DNA of 62,946 nucleotides, the filler included, from Octopus bimaculoides (taxonomy: Eukaryota), in NCBI RefSeq assembly GCF_001194135.2. It is 7 parts of 7 records of this genome, joined end to end, with 100 filler letters (N's around TTAATTAATTAA, not from the genome) between each part and the next. Parts side by side here need not be neighbours in the genome. Positions count along the whole stretch, not along the records: positions 1 to 7,073 come from NC_068986.1; positions 7,174 to 11,135 come from NC_068996.1; positions 11,236 to 18,962 come from NC_069000.1; 4 more parts are not named here. The stretch is one strand, 5' to 3'. Position numbers and translations under genes: made by a program. Every line of letters begins with the position of its first letter. Position 1 is the first letter of the stretch. A model generated the notes under the pieces. The model ran no database searches and was not told where the DNA came from. It was given only the letters and a program-made list of their open reading frames with translations. Of the stretch, positions 1-13,154 are shown piece by piece.

Positions 1-566
1 ACACACACACACACACAACGCGCTACTTTCAATTTCCGTCTTCCAAATCCACTCACAAGGCTTTGGTCAGCCCGAGGCTATAGTAAAAGAAACTAGCCCA
101 AAGTGCCGCGCAGTGGTTCTGAACCCGTGCTGCTTCGAGTTTACCGTTAAAAGCAATTTATTTCATGTCTCATGGGTCTTCTAAATTCTCATGCCGTAAA
201 CTTTTTTATTGATATTTTCCGTGTGAATAAGGCAGCAAGCTGGCAGAATCGTTAGCACACCGAGCAAAAAGGCTTAGCAACATGTCGTCCGCCTTCACGT
301 TCTGAGTTCAAATTTTGCCGATATCACTGATATTGCAGTTGGCTGGCCAGCTGGGTAAAAATTCGTTATATGCACCAAAACCAGTATTAGTTTTAAAATC
401 TACGTTTGATACTTAACGTCGATACATCATCAAAATTGTAATTAACTGTGGCATTCGCTTGTCTTAGTTTTGCACTATTGTAACTAGAATTTGCATTGAG
501 GCACATCTTTTCACTGAGTAGGCAATAGTTATGTGACAAAATAATAGTTATTAGGTAATACTTTTA

Positions 567-770
567 GGCGGCGAGCTGGCAGAGTCATTACCTCGCCAGA
601 CAAAATGCTTGGCAGTATTTTATCCGTTTTTACGTTCTGAGTTCAAATGGTCGACTTTGCTCTTCATCCTTTTGTGATCGACAAAATAAGTATCAGTTGA
701 GCACTGGAGTCGATATAATCAACTTATGCACTTCCCTGAAATTGCTGACCGTGTTCCAAAATTTGAGACC
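567..770 (+). mobile_element. tRNA-derived SINE, family A (about 200 bp)
   Basis: Head ggcggcgagctggcaga, box B gagttcaaat, body gtcgactttg..cat.ctt..g.gtcgataaaataagta. Confidence 0.85.
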
Positions 771-1874
771 ATTATTAGGAAATATTTTATGTGGCAAATT
801 TTTTAAAGTTTATTGACCAGTCGCATTCTATTTGATGTTCGCTAGCGTGGAAAATAGTCTTTCTATGTGAAAATATTAAGAATCCAATTCTTTAATGGTA
901 TTTCCTGCATATAGAATAAATTATCTACATAAGTTCAGTACATACATACCTACGATGGTGACTGCTTGCTAGCATTTAATAGCTTCTTACAATTTTATAT
1001 TTATATTTTTAAAAATAAAATTATGAGCTAATTAAATTCGAACCGATTTTGCTAATATTTATGTGCGTGAAAGCATTTAAATATAAATAATTGTTTTTGT
1101 ATGTAAATACAAATAAATTTTGTTATTTATATGTATTTCTTTGAAAGAAAATAGATTTTGTAAATTAAAATTAATGTTCTATGTAAATAAATAAACAAAA
1201 TCTGAATATCTTCAGTTAAATACAATAGAACAAACAATCAAATGAAAAGGAAACAGCAACCATTAATAATATCTTTCATTTTTATCGTTTACCTATTTCA
1301 GTTATTGAACTGCAGCCATACCGGTGCACCGCCTCGAAGGATTTAGTCGAAAAAATCAGCCCCAGTACTTTTTTTAAAAGTGTGGCACATATTCTATTGT
1401 TTTTTTTTGGCCATCCGCTAAGTTACGGGGATGTAAACAAACCAACACTGGTTATCAAGCAGTACGCGGATAAACACAAGCACAAAACTCTCTCTCTCAT
1501 ACATACACACACATAAATATATATAGATATATTTAGGCAATAGACAACTACATCCCATCTCTTTCTCTCTAACACCTTGAACACTATACCGAACTATACT
1601 TAAAGAAGACTTCAGACATGTTTTGACCACCAAACAGAGGATAAACCGTTTTTACTTCAAATTTTTTATAAATTTTTAGTAATAAGAAATTTTTAGTACT
1701 AAGAAATTCATCATCGAAACCGGTAATATTTTATACTTTCTTTATACACCTTTTAAATCATTTTATTAAATTCTTTCTAAATTGAAATGTCTTAGATTTA
1801 CGTCTCTGCTGTTTCTACCTCCATCTTTCATATATAGAAAATTTAATTTGCATAGATTTCTAATGTTTTTTCAC

Positions 1875-1917
<43 letters not shown>

Positions 1918-2157
1918 CACACGCACACACACACACACACACATTTATTCAACTAGCTTCCACACAATATCCGTCAACCAAACTCACTCATAAGGTATTG
2001 GTCGATCGGGGCTATTGTAGAAGACACTTAGCCTAAGTGCTGCAAAATCGGCTTTAGTAGGTGAGCTTCTTAGCGACACAACTAAATTAAAACTAAGCAA
2101 TATAACTCAATACTGTATATCGCAGGTAACATTATCATTTTATTATTTCTGAACTCT

Positions 2158-2796
2158 AAGACAGCGAGTCGTTAGCACGCTGGGCAAAATGCTTAGTGGT
2201 ATTTCGTTTGTCTTTACGTTCTGAGTTCAAATCCCGCCGAGGTTGACTTTGCCTTTCATTCTTTCGGGGTCGATAAAATAAGTACCAGTTGCGTATTGGG
2301 GTCGATCTAATCGACTGGCCCCCTCCTCCCAAATTTCAAGCCTTATGCTTATAATAGAAGGGATTATTTTTGAACTCTTTAAGGTGAGTTGCTGGCAGAA
2401 TCGTTAGCACGCTGTGCAAAATGCTTAGGTACATGTCGTCCGTCTTGACGTTCTGAGTACTAATTCGGTCGGGGTCGACTTTGTCTTTCATCCTTTCGGG
2501 GTCGATAAAATAAGTACCAGTTGAGTACTCCTGCACCGCACCAAATTGCTGGCCTTGTACCAATAACATTTACCTCTTTGAGGCGGCAAGCTGGCTGAAT
2601 CGCTAGCACGCCGGGTATAATGCTAAGTGACATTTCGCCTGTCTTTACGTTCTGAGTTCAAATTCAGCTGAGGTCGACTTTGCCTCTCGACCTTTCGGGG
2701 TCGATAAGATAAGTACCAGTTCAAAACTGGGTCGGTGTAATCGACTTATACCCACCACCCCCGAAATTGCTGTCTTTTTACCAAAATTTGAAATCC
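2158..2796 (+). mobile_element. Three tandem family A SINE copies
   Basis: Heads near 2160, 2385 and 2582; the motif ttatt(t/c)tgaactct recurs at about 2142, 2363 and 2797. Confidence 0.88.
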
Positions 2797-3600
2797 TTAT
2801 TTTTGAACTCTATTTCCTCCTTTCAAGTCTTGTCACTTTCTTTCATTCAGACACACGCGCACACACTCGCAGGCTCTCCCACACACGAAAAAACAAACAT
2901 AGGTATGCATGCATATATTCTCTTCATTGGCCTCGCATTCCCTCTCTTTCTCTTTTTTCTCTTTCACTCATTCTCTCTGTGTCTGTCTCACTCTGTCTCT
3001 GTCTCTGTCTGTCTCTCTCTCTCTGGTGCACATGCACCCAGTCGTATCTTTATAATAGGAGTTTCAACGTAGTCACTCGACTTGCTAGAAATAGCTGCCA
3101 AATTTCCTTCAAATCATCCCTACAACCTAAAAGCAACAACAAAAAATACGAAACAAAAATAAAAGAAATACAAAACTACTTAATGTTGTTTGTAGGTAAA
3201 AAAAAATGACAATAGATCCATTTAATCAGCTGATCAACAACAAATACCTGTTGTTATGGTAAGATTACAATTGACCAGACAGGAGATACACCAGCTGTAA
3301 AATGTCCACACCTTTCTTTCAAATATTACAATATCGCAGCAATATCTCGAATTTATCGAATAATGAATTTGTCAAAGCTTTTCTATACTGCGAACTCACA
3401 AGACATTAACTTTAGGAGAAAGAAAATGCTCTTGACGACGCAGAACTAGTTTACGTAGCTGCGCATATCTGGATTTTTGAATTAGTGCATAAAACATGTA
3501 ATGTAGACCCAAATACGTATATAGAATCCGGGGTAATTTTTGAGATATTTTGTTTGGAAAAATAAATGTTTCTTACATGCAATTAAGTACAGTAAGTTTA

Positions 3601-4030
3601 GGCAGACGCGTGGCTGTGTGGTAAGAAGCTTGCTTCCCTACCATATGGTTCCGGATTTAGTCCCACTACGTGGCACTTTAGGTAAGTGTCTTCTAATATA
3701 GCCTCGAATCGACTGAAACCTTGTGAATGGATTTGGTAGATGGAAAGTGAAAGAAGCTCGTCGTATATATGTGTGTGTGTGCGTGTGTGTATGTGTGCCT
3801 GCGTCTGTGTGTGTGTCTCTGTTTGTCCTCCCCATCACCGCTTGACAACCTGTGTTGGTGTGTTTATATCCCCTTAACTATACGAGCGCTTCGGCAAAAA
3901 AGGACGATAGAATAAGTACAAGGCTTTAAAAACTGTCATGGGTCGATTTGTTCGACTAAAACCCTTGAAGGCGGTGCTCCAGCATGGGCGTAGTCAAATG
4001 GCTGAAACAAGTAAAATAATAAAAGAATAA
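3601..4030 (+). mobile_element. tRNA-derived SINE, family B (about 430 bp, internal TA/TG microsatellite)
   Basis: Head ggc..cgtggctgtgtggtaagaagcttgcttccc; tail ggtgctccagcatgg..gtcaaatg.ctgaaacaagtaaaa. Other partial copies near 1-125, 1280-1500, 1880-2060, 11256-11380, 17600-17760, 22050-22220, 45600-45740. Confidence 0.88.
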
Positions 4031-4114
4031 AAGTATAATAACAATGGAACATTTGTTGTTTGGAACACTCAGACTTGAGAATAAATTAAATTTTTTGTCG
4101 AATGTGTGTCGAAT

Positions 4115-4470
4115 GGCGAAAGCGTATGGCTCAGTGGTTGGGCGGTGGGTTTACAGTTATGAGCTTGTAACCTCGATTCCTAGGCCGGGCTATGTGTTGA
4201 ACTCTTGAGTAAAACATTTTATTTTCGTGTTGCACCAGTTCACTCAATAGTAGAAATGAGATGCGACGTCACTGATGCCAAGCTCTATTGGCCTTTGCCT
4301 TTCCCTTGAACAACATCGGTACATGGAGAGTGTATGCATGGGCAACTGCTGGTCTTCCACAAAACAACCTTGCTCCGACTTGTTCCTCGTAAAGGAACTT
4401 TCTAGGTGCAATCCTATGGTCATTCTTGACCGAAGGGGGTCCTTTTTCTGTGTTGACTAGAATTTCAAGC
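4115..4470 (+). mobile_element. tRNA-derived SINE, family D
   Basis: tggctcagtggtt head; body gcctttcccttg.a.aaca.cgg...gtatgcatggg..actgctggtcttccac shared with 22960-23320. Confidence 0.82.
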
Positions 4471-4519
4471 TTCGTCTGGCCCTGGTCAACAGCATTTCTA
4501 TTCAAATACTCATCTTATT

Positions 4520-5000
4520 TCTATGATCATAAATATATTCAAGAAAGAGCTATATTTATCTTCAATAATAAATGAAGACAATTAACAGTAATTCTACTCA
4601 AGTACCCATCACTACCCAGTCTATGATCATAAATGGATTCAAGAAAGAGCTTTACTTGTCTTCAATAATGAATGAAGTGAATTTTAAATATTTTGACTCC
4701 TTTCCGAGAGAGTCCATGACACACAAATCATTGAACTCTGTGGAAAATCCTTCTAAATCTTTGCTTTGCATAACATAGAATACTTTCACAAGTCATAGAA
4801 GCGACAATTTTGATTAGTGGAGCCAAATGTAAAGCTGTAAAGCTATAAAGCTGTTTTCCTTCAAAAGTTCTTTGGTCTTAACAGAAGTACTCTTCGAATT
4901 TAAATATTTCAATTTCCGGTAGTTTTTTTCTTTGCAATGAACATCAACAAGGCTCTATGGCAAAGTCATAGAATTACTGGAACCAGTTAAAATCGCATTG
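4520..5000 (+). mobile_element. Highly decayed Helitron/PIF1-type helicase fragment
   Basis: Across frameshifts it reads QVIEATILISG...AVFL..SLVLTEVLFEFK..FQFPVVFFFAMNINKALWQS, matching the Helitron helicase pattern VIEATILTG..VFIPRIPL.P...PF.FKR.QFPV...FAMTINKAQGQS. Confidence 0.72.
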
Positions 5001-5455
5001 GATACAATAGATATTTGTTCCTTTTGATTTGGTTAGAACAACTAAGAATAGTGTATCCTTCCAAGCACAGAAATAAACGCTGCAAAGCTGTTACTAATTG
5101 GAAAAAATAATTCATTTTATGTAATATTATAAATTTGTGGAATAATGTCAATAAATAATTAAATAAATAAATGAATGAATGAATAATTTAATTTCCAGTA
5201 AATTAGACCGATATTTGTGAGAATAAAATTTTAGTATAAATTCTATATTTTTAGTGTATTTTTGTGAAGTCTAAGCACAATCGTCTCTATTGCTGGCATT
5301 CAAAAATTCTGGGTGAATGAACATTTCCGGAAGAGATGAAAATTGTCAGCAACTTTAATAACACATTTATCACAAATGTAGTGAATTAATGTAGTTTTAG
5401 TTATTTTAAGTACTCATAATGCAGGCAACACCGGGTATACACGTAAAACAGACAG

Positions 5456-5515
<60 letters not shown>

Positions 5516-5744
5516 GCAGTTGCACATACACACGCACACACATACATACACGCGTGCATATACACGTGTATATTTTTGTGTGCGTGTCTGCGTGTGCATA
5601 TCTGTTGTCTGTTAATATATATATATGTGTACATATATATATATACACACATACATATATACACAGACAGACACCTATATAATCATTAAAATTTATTCAA
5701 ATAAAAAATTATACATTCAAATTATTTATTAATTCAATACAAGG

Positions 5745-6760
5745 ACTCTATTCTTGCCAAGTTTCATGCAGTAATCTCAAAAGATCTGACTCTGAAGATA
5801 CTTTCTTGTTCTTTTTATGAAGTACACTGTCCATTATGTGGCGGCGCAATGGCCCATTGGTTTGGGCAGCGGACACGCGGTCATAGGATCGCGGTTTCGA
5901 TTCCCAGACCGGGCGTTGTGAGTGTTTATTGAGCGAAAACACCTAAAGCTCCACGAGGCTCCGGCAGGGGATGGTGGCGAACCCTGCTGTACTCTTTCAC
6001 CACAACTTTCTCTCACTCTTTCTTCCTGTTTCTGTTGTGCCTGTAATTCAAAGGGTCAGCCTTGTCACTCTGTGTCACGCTGAATATCCCCGAGAACTAC
6101 GTTAAGGGTACACGTGTCTGTGGAGTGCTCAGCCACTTGCAAGTTAATTTCACGAGCAGGCTGTTCCGTTGATCGGATCAACTGGAACCCTCGACGTCGT
6201 AAGCGACGGAGTGCCAACAACTGTCCATTATATCCCATGATGTTCAATAAGGTTCATATTTGGTGACTGGCTTGGCCATGAAAGCTTTTTAATGCCATTC
6301 TCATTCAACAAATATTGGGTCATTTTAGCTGTGTGATAAGGAGCCCCATCTTCTATAAATAAAGAGTCTTTAATCATTTCACCACTGGAGAAGATTGGAA
6401 GGAGTCCTTTCTGCAATATGGACACATATTTATCTGAGTATATGTTTCCCACACGCTACACCAACTCTGCTCAACTATTGCTCCAAATTGCTCCCCAGAC
6501 CATCACATAGAATAGCTGCTGTGTTTCATTGTTTACTGCAATCTTTTCGCATCAAATTCTTGATCACAGAGTCTCCAGACCCATACTTGACCCTGTCAGG
6601 AAATGCAACAAATCTGGACTCATCAGAAAATGTGACAGTGTCCCAAAATGCTAATGGCTTCTCCCACCATCTTACTAGCCAAATCTTTTCTCCGCTTGAT
6701 ATCAGCTGGTCGAAGAAATGGCTTCCTTCTTCCTGCTCTGCCATACTAACCGAGTAACAC
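5745..6760 (-). mobile_element. Tc1-like DD34E transposase remnant interrupted by a SINE
   Basis: TFSDESRF, FIEDGAPYHTAK, WPSQSPNMNLIEH. The reading continues on the other side of the SINE (MDSVLHKKNKKVSSESDLLRLLHETWQE). Confidence 0.88.
5838..6219 (+). mobile_element. tRNA-derived SINE, family C (about 380 bp, CAA tail), full length
   Basis: Box A tggcccattgg, box B ggtttcgattccc, perfect 12-bp TSD actgtccattat (5826-5837, 6220-6231). Confidence 0.93.
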
Positions 6761-7028
6761 AGACACATACATACACATATATACACACACACACACACGC
6801 GCACACACGCGCAAAGAGACTGATAAAGAAAGTTTGAGTCCCATAAATTTGTCAGGGCTGTAATTATATCCTAATGTCGAGTACTCTTTTTTACTTAACT
6901 AACACCCTGAGTATATGCAGTGAAACACATATATCCGCATAGACACACAAAAATACTTATATACACACATAAATAACGTGGGCATTGTTTATAAAAGTAT
7001 TGATTGATTTATCAATATATGTGTGACA

Positions 7029-7073
<45 letters not shown>

Positions 7074-7183
7074 NNNNNNNNNNNNNNNNNNNNNNNNNNN
7101 NNNNNNNNNNNNNNNNNTTAATTAATTAANNNNNNNNNNNNNNNNNNNNNNNNNNNNNNNNNNNNNNNNNNNNGAATAACAAC

Positions 7184-7544
7184 AGAAAAAAAGATGGTAT
7201 AAACACACGCCAGAAAAGGTCACAAAAAACGAGAAAGCAACCATACTCTGGGATATGCCAATACACACAGATAAAGAAATTAAGGCAAATAGACCAGATA
7301 TAGTTGTCAAAGATCATGAAGAAAAAAAATGCTTTCTAATTGATGTATCAATACCAGCAGATGACAACGTTTCCCTAAAAGAAATGGAAAAACTTTCAAA
7401 ATACAAAGACCTGGAAATAGAGGTAACTCGAATGTAGAATCTAAAATCAGAAACAATTCCTATCATAGTAGGTGCCTTAGGTATAATAAAAAAAAAAAAT
7501 TCAGACAAATACATAACAAAAACACCAGCACTTACAACTCTCCC
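7184..7544 (+). mobile_element. 3' restriction-like endonuclease (RLE) fragment of an R4/Dong-type retrotransposon
   Basis: WDMPIHTDKEIKANRPDIVV...CFLIDVSIP...EKLSKYKDL...IPIIVGALG is the PD-(D/E)xK RLE signature of site-specific non-LTR elements. Confidence 0.88.
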
Positions 7545-8130
7545 ACATCCTAGTTCAGGCGAAATGCCTCTCAACGTCTCCAGCTTCCGAAGTAATGGCT
7601 CGAGGGTCAGTACATAAAGAAGGGACGAGAGTGGTCATCCTTGACGCACCGAATGCACGATGTTGAATGATTCCGATTAGTGACCATTCACCTGGACTAC
7701 CGAGCAGATGTCGCTGTACATGGCAGCGATCCAACCACGGAATACCGGACCAAAACCAGCAACCGTGATAACAGCCGCCAGATGGTCAACTCTATGAAAA
7801 CCTTTTGACTGATCTAAATTGATCAGAGCCCCACCCATGCTAGGCTTCTTAACTACTCTATCCACGAAGCGCATGAGGTAGAGGTTGTCGTGGATGGACC
7901 TGTTTGGAACGGGGAATGTTTGTGCGTCTCCAACCAGTTTCTCGATGACGATCGCCAACGTCTTCAATAACACTTTGGCCAAACTTTTTATGTCTGCATT
8001 AAGCAGAGTGATGAGCCTAAAATTATCTAATACCTCCCCATTATTTGGATCCTTTCGCAGTAGTAGCACTGCTCCTCGGCTCACAGATTTGGGAATTCTC
8101 TCATTCGGTTATCATTTGTAGTTGATACCT
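7545..8130 (-). pseudogene. Reverse transcriptase N-terminal half of LINE ORF2
   Basis: ORF 7677..8084 carries Tx1/L1-like RT motifs; the sequence stops just before the expected YADD. Confidence 0.9.
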
Positions 8131-8749
8131 GCCAAGAGGCCTGCAAACAAATCTGGCGTACTAAAATAAAGCTTGTGCAACCTATTATCTCGTCCCGTAT
8201 TTCCTCAGTTGTTATCGGCCTTTCGCAACACTCCGCATCTCTTGCTGAGATTAGTGGTAGGCCATCGAGGTAGGCAATGAAATCCATTCTGCGATCTGGC
8301 CCACCGTTCGTCCCGAACAATTCGGCAAAATACTGCTGAAAAGCTGCACACATCTGCGCCGGCTCGTTCACCGTGCGCTCATTTTAGTCCACCAAAGACC
8401 GAATGGTGTTTTTGTTGCCGTTTTGCGTCTCAGCCACCCGGGCCCATCGGGCAGCGTAGGTTCCCTCTTGTCTCTAAGCACGTGCCTTAGCTCTGAAAAT
8501 GTTACCTTTGTGATTGGCGTTGAAGTGTTCATCGAGGGCCAACTTCGCTGCCAGCACGTCAGTTGCAATGCCTTTTCTAAGCGCCTCTTCTAGCTTTCTC
8601 ACTAAATCGCCCTCTAATCTATTTATTTCTACAGCTAAAACTTTGCTAAATCTAAATCATTCTACTTTGATGGCCCTTTTAAGGTTATACCCCCATTTAT
8701 TGTTGAGGATTACCCCCGTCAAAGCTCTCTGAATTAACTCTTTAGTCCG

Positions 8750-9480
8750 GTCTCTCTAAGTTTGGCATGCCGGGAGTGAAGTGTTCAGCTTCCAGTAATC
8801 AGAGCCCTGTCTGCGTATGCTATTTAAATCTACCTTACAGATCATCAATTTGTGATCTGTGTAGTCGACTATTTGAAATTGTGGACATCTAATATTATCT
8901 TCCAGACGCCTATCTAAAGACCTGAAAAATATTCTATCGAGATACGATCTGGATGTTCCGATGCGGTTTGCTCATATCTGAGCAGGTTGGCGAAGCTTTT
9001 GCAACCCCCTCTCGTATCGGCTAGCCCCACACAATTCAATTGTGCATCTAAGATGGCATTGAAATCACCCACTACTAAAGGTAGGGACGTACCCAGGAAG
9101 ACTTCCAGATGCCTGAAGTATTCCGGCTGTCCTGCACCTGTCGGTGCGTAAACAGCCACCAGTCTGAAGGCCTCACCGTTACAACCTTTCACGTCCAAGA
9201 CCATCAGCTTACCTTCTGGGTCCAAGAAGACCGACTTTATTTTGAGGTCCAGACCTTTCCGAAACAATACCGCAGTACCCCCACCACCTATTCCCCGCCG
9301 GCACGGCGATGCATATATCTCGTAGAGATCGGAAATGAGCATGATCGCTTGCGGTTTGGTTAGTCTCGATTCAGTAATTGCTATTACATCTATTTCTTGT
9401 GACCTGAGGTCGTTGAGTAGGAGACCTTGTTTCGAAGGAGACCCCAGGCCACATACATTTATGCAACCTAGTTTGAGTAT
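8750..9480 (-). pseudogene. APE endonuclease domain of LINE ORF2
   Basis: GCINVCGL, AITESRL, GTAVLFRK, RLVAVYAP, GDFNAILD motifs. Confidence 0.9.
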
Positions 9481-12479
9481 GACTATTTGAGTGGCCGGTA
9501 AAGAGAAAGTGGAGTGGACTACTTACCATTAGCGCTCTGGGGTGGAAGCGGGGCAGATGTCCCGCTCCTTAAGTGGGGTATGATGGTCTCTATGACCAAG
9601 GATTTATAGAGGCTCCAAGATGCTTTCGTGTTGAAGCCTAAAACCGTTGCTGTATGTTTGTTGCAATGTTTGAAGTATCTGTATGTGTGGTGACAGTGTA
9701 TTATCTGTGGGGGAAAACAAAGTCAGTAATTTTGAGATCTGTGTTTTTCTTTATATATAATAGTTTGTGTTGTCTGTGTTTAGGGAGGTGAATTTTGTGG
9801 TGTTTTTGTTATTTTCGTTTACTTTTTGTGTTGACTCTGTTGTACCTTGTATTGTTGGCTGTGTCTGTGGTGTTATGTTCGTAGTGGTGGTGTTGGTGAA
9901 GGTGTTGGAAGTTTGGATGTTGGTGTGTTGTTGTTTAAGGGTGATTTTGTATGTTCTTTTCTTGCGGGGTACAGCTTGTTTATTCGTTGGTGTACTATTG
10001 TGAATTTTTCTTAGTCTTCTGTCCACTCAATTCTGTCGGCCTCTCCTCACGACATGTCTAAGTAGTCAGAGTCGGGAATGGGTAGTTCCAGTGGGTCGAA
10101 ATTTGCTGATATATTTTGTTCCTCTGGCAAGAGCTGCGTCGATGGTGTTTTTGTAGGCCCTGTGGTGGTGGTTGTGGTCAGCACCTCTGTTGTTGGCATT
10201 GTTGTCTGTCGTTAAGTTGTTGTTATTGGTGGTGATGTGTTTGCTGGAGCCCTCTCTGCTTTCTTTTCGTGTCTTTTTTTCTCTTGTTGGGGCTGCTTTT
10301 GTTGTTGGTGTTGCTTCTGTAGTTGGGGCTACTTCAGTTGTTGTAGTGTGGGTGGTGCTTGTATCGAGTGGGTAGCGCCCTCCTTCTATTTTAGTTGTGG
10401 GCAGAAGGCTTTCAAGTTATTCTGTCCACATTGATAACATGTTGGCCTTCTGCCCACGACTGTGACGTTTAGCAAAATGCCATCTGGAAGGCTGAGTTGG
10501 TCAGGAATTTGTTCCAAAGCGTCTTGGTTTATTTGGACCATTATTTGCAATTCCTGTTGTGTTTTCCTTGTTTCTCGACTTGAATGATTTTGATTTTGTC
10601 TTCCAAGTCGAGAAGGACGACCGCGACAATCCAGCAATCATTCATTTCTGGTGCTATCTCTAGTATGTTTAACTTGGCGACACGCCGTCGCAAGCATGTT
10701 GGAACTAGGACAAGTTCACTGTTTCTCAGCTGGGCTGTTGGGTGCTGTTTTGCTACGTCTTCTGTAGCAAATCTGACTTCAATTGTGCCATATTTCTTAC
10801 CCCTCGACAGATATGTTACGTCTTCCAAATGGGTTACAAGCATTTTTCAACTGCTTGCTTTGTGGCAGTTTCTAAACGTCTATTTTTTAAAGATATAATT
10901 TTGTACACTATGGTACGTTTGTTTGTATTGTCTATAATATCTGGAGGTGTGTTTATCGAAACAAATCTTTCCCTTTTTCTTTTTAAAATGTTTCTGTAGT
11001 CTTTGAGAGATTCTACAGAAACATTAATGAATTCAGCCCTAGGTTTTGCAATTGCAGCAAAACTCGGCTGTTTAATGCATTGGGTTGTTGTTTTTGTTGT
11101 TCAGTGTTCAATATGTTAGTGGTAGTAGTGGAAGGNNNNNNNNNNNNNNNNNNNNNNNNNNNNNNNNNNNNNNNNNNNNTTAATTAATTAANNNNNNNNN
11201 NNNNNNNNNNNNNNNNNNNNNNNNNNNNNNNNNNNATATATATATATATATATATACATATACAAGATAGAACAAGTACGAGGCTTAAAAAAAGAAGTAC
11301 TGGAGTCGATTCATTCGACGAAATTTCTTCGAGGCAGTGCTGCAGCCTGGCCGCAGTGTAATGGCTGAAACGAGAAAAAAATATTACTTGTAGAAGCAGG
11401 TAGAATCAATCTCAGCGTTTGCTAGCAGAAATAATTTGCTATAAACAGGCATAAAGAAGTTTTGGAAAAACAAAGATTTCTTTGAAAGATTTATTTAGAA
11501 TAATATACGTTTGGAGAATGCAAGAATTAGCTTTTAAGGTCAGGAAGAAAGCGAGTTATGTGAAAAACTATATGGAGATATTTATACTGAGATAGGGGTA
11601 GCGCCATTAAATTAGGTTTTTGTGTCGTTGCTTTCGAAGAGAAATCACAAAATCATTATGAACACTCTTATTGTTATTAAAAGGTTTTCATTAACTCTTA
11701 AAAGCGATTTAATCTCGTCAATGGTTACTCTTCTTTCAGATCATATTTAAAACTAGGACAACGGAATGTATGTATGTCGCCATTTTAATGATGAGACTTC
11801 TGACGTTAGTTGTTCATCTCAGTTTTCATTTGAATGCTATTCTGATAAAAATAGACAAAATTTTCTGGGGTGTCTAACGTTAAGAAAGATGGTGGTGAAG
11901 AAATTCAGGTTATTACATACAAAGCTTTAAACAATTTAGATGGAACTAGGTCGGTTCAACAATTAATTACGCAAACGTACAATGATGCTGTTGTCAGGAC
12001 AGGCAAATATAATTCAACGAATAAAAATTAGAGAAATTACGGAAACCTTTAGTTTGTGATGTAGTTTCTTAAATACATCCACAAAATTTGACGGACAACT
12101 TTCAAAGGACTTCTTGAACTAATCTCCTCTGACATTGGCTCTCTTCTTTCTTCAGCCGTTGAAATTCCAAACCAAACATTTGCAATGAAATAGCGCACTG
12201 ATCTTTCTGGCAAACTGTTGCAATCCACTTCAATAGAGAATGAAGCCGAATGACATCTTTTGACGAGATCCACGTCAACCAAATTCTGCCATTTGATTTT
12301 CTTCGGTTGGTGGTCCAGTAAATGACTCCGATCTTATCCATGTAAAATAATGGGGTGTACAGAATGCAGCAACAAGGATACATTACTAACCCCCACCCCC
12401 GGCAAATGTTTGTCTGCTTTCCAACATGTTTCCACTACTATTTCCATATGAACAACATTCTGTGAAATCTCTCCTCCAT

Positions 12480-13154
<675 letters not shown>

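Larger units (their letters stand above)
7545..11135 (-). mobile_element. Decayed L1/Tx1-clade non-LTR retrotransposon (ORF1 + APE endonuclease + partial RT), 3'-truncated inside RT; 5' end runs into a gap
   Basis: ORF1 remnant with zinc-knuckle-like RRPTCYQCGQNNLKAFCP. ORF2 begins LKLGCINVCGL...DVIAITESR...VAVYAP...VVGDFNA (APE). RT motifs FRLITLLNADIKSLAKVL, LDQSKGFHRVDH, VRQG*PLS. Multiple stops and frameshifts. Confidence 0.92.

Noticed and set aside
2158-2796. Repeat-spacer appearance suggesting a CRISPR array
   Set aside because: Units are about 200-bp SINEs in eukaryotic DNA, with no unique spacers or cas genes.
7074-7173. TTAATTAATTAA embedded in N runs (also at 11136, 18963, 46045, 55076, 60758), each block 100 nt
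   Set aside because: Identical length and a six-frame-stop palindrome inside Ns indicate an artificial scaffolding spacer, not biology.
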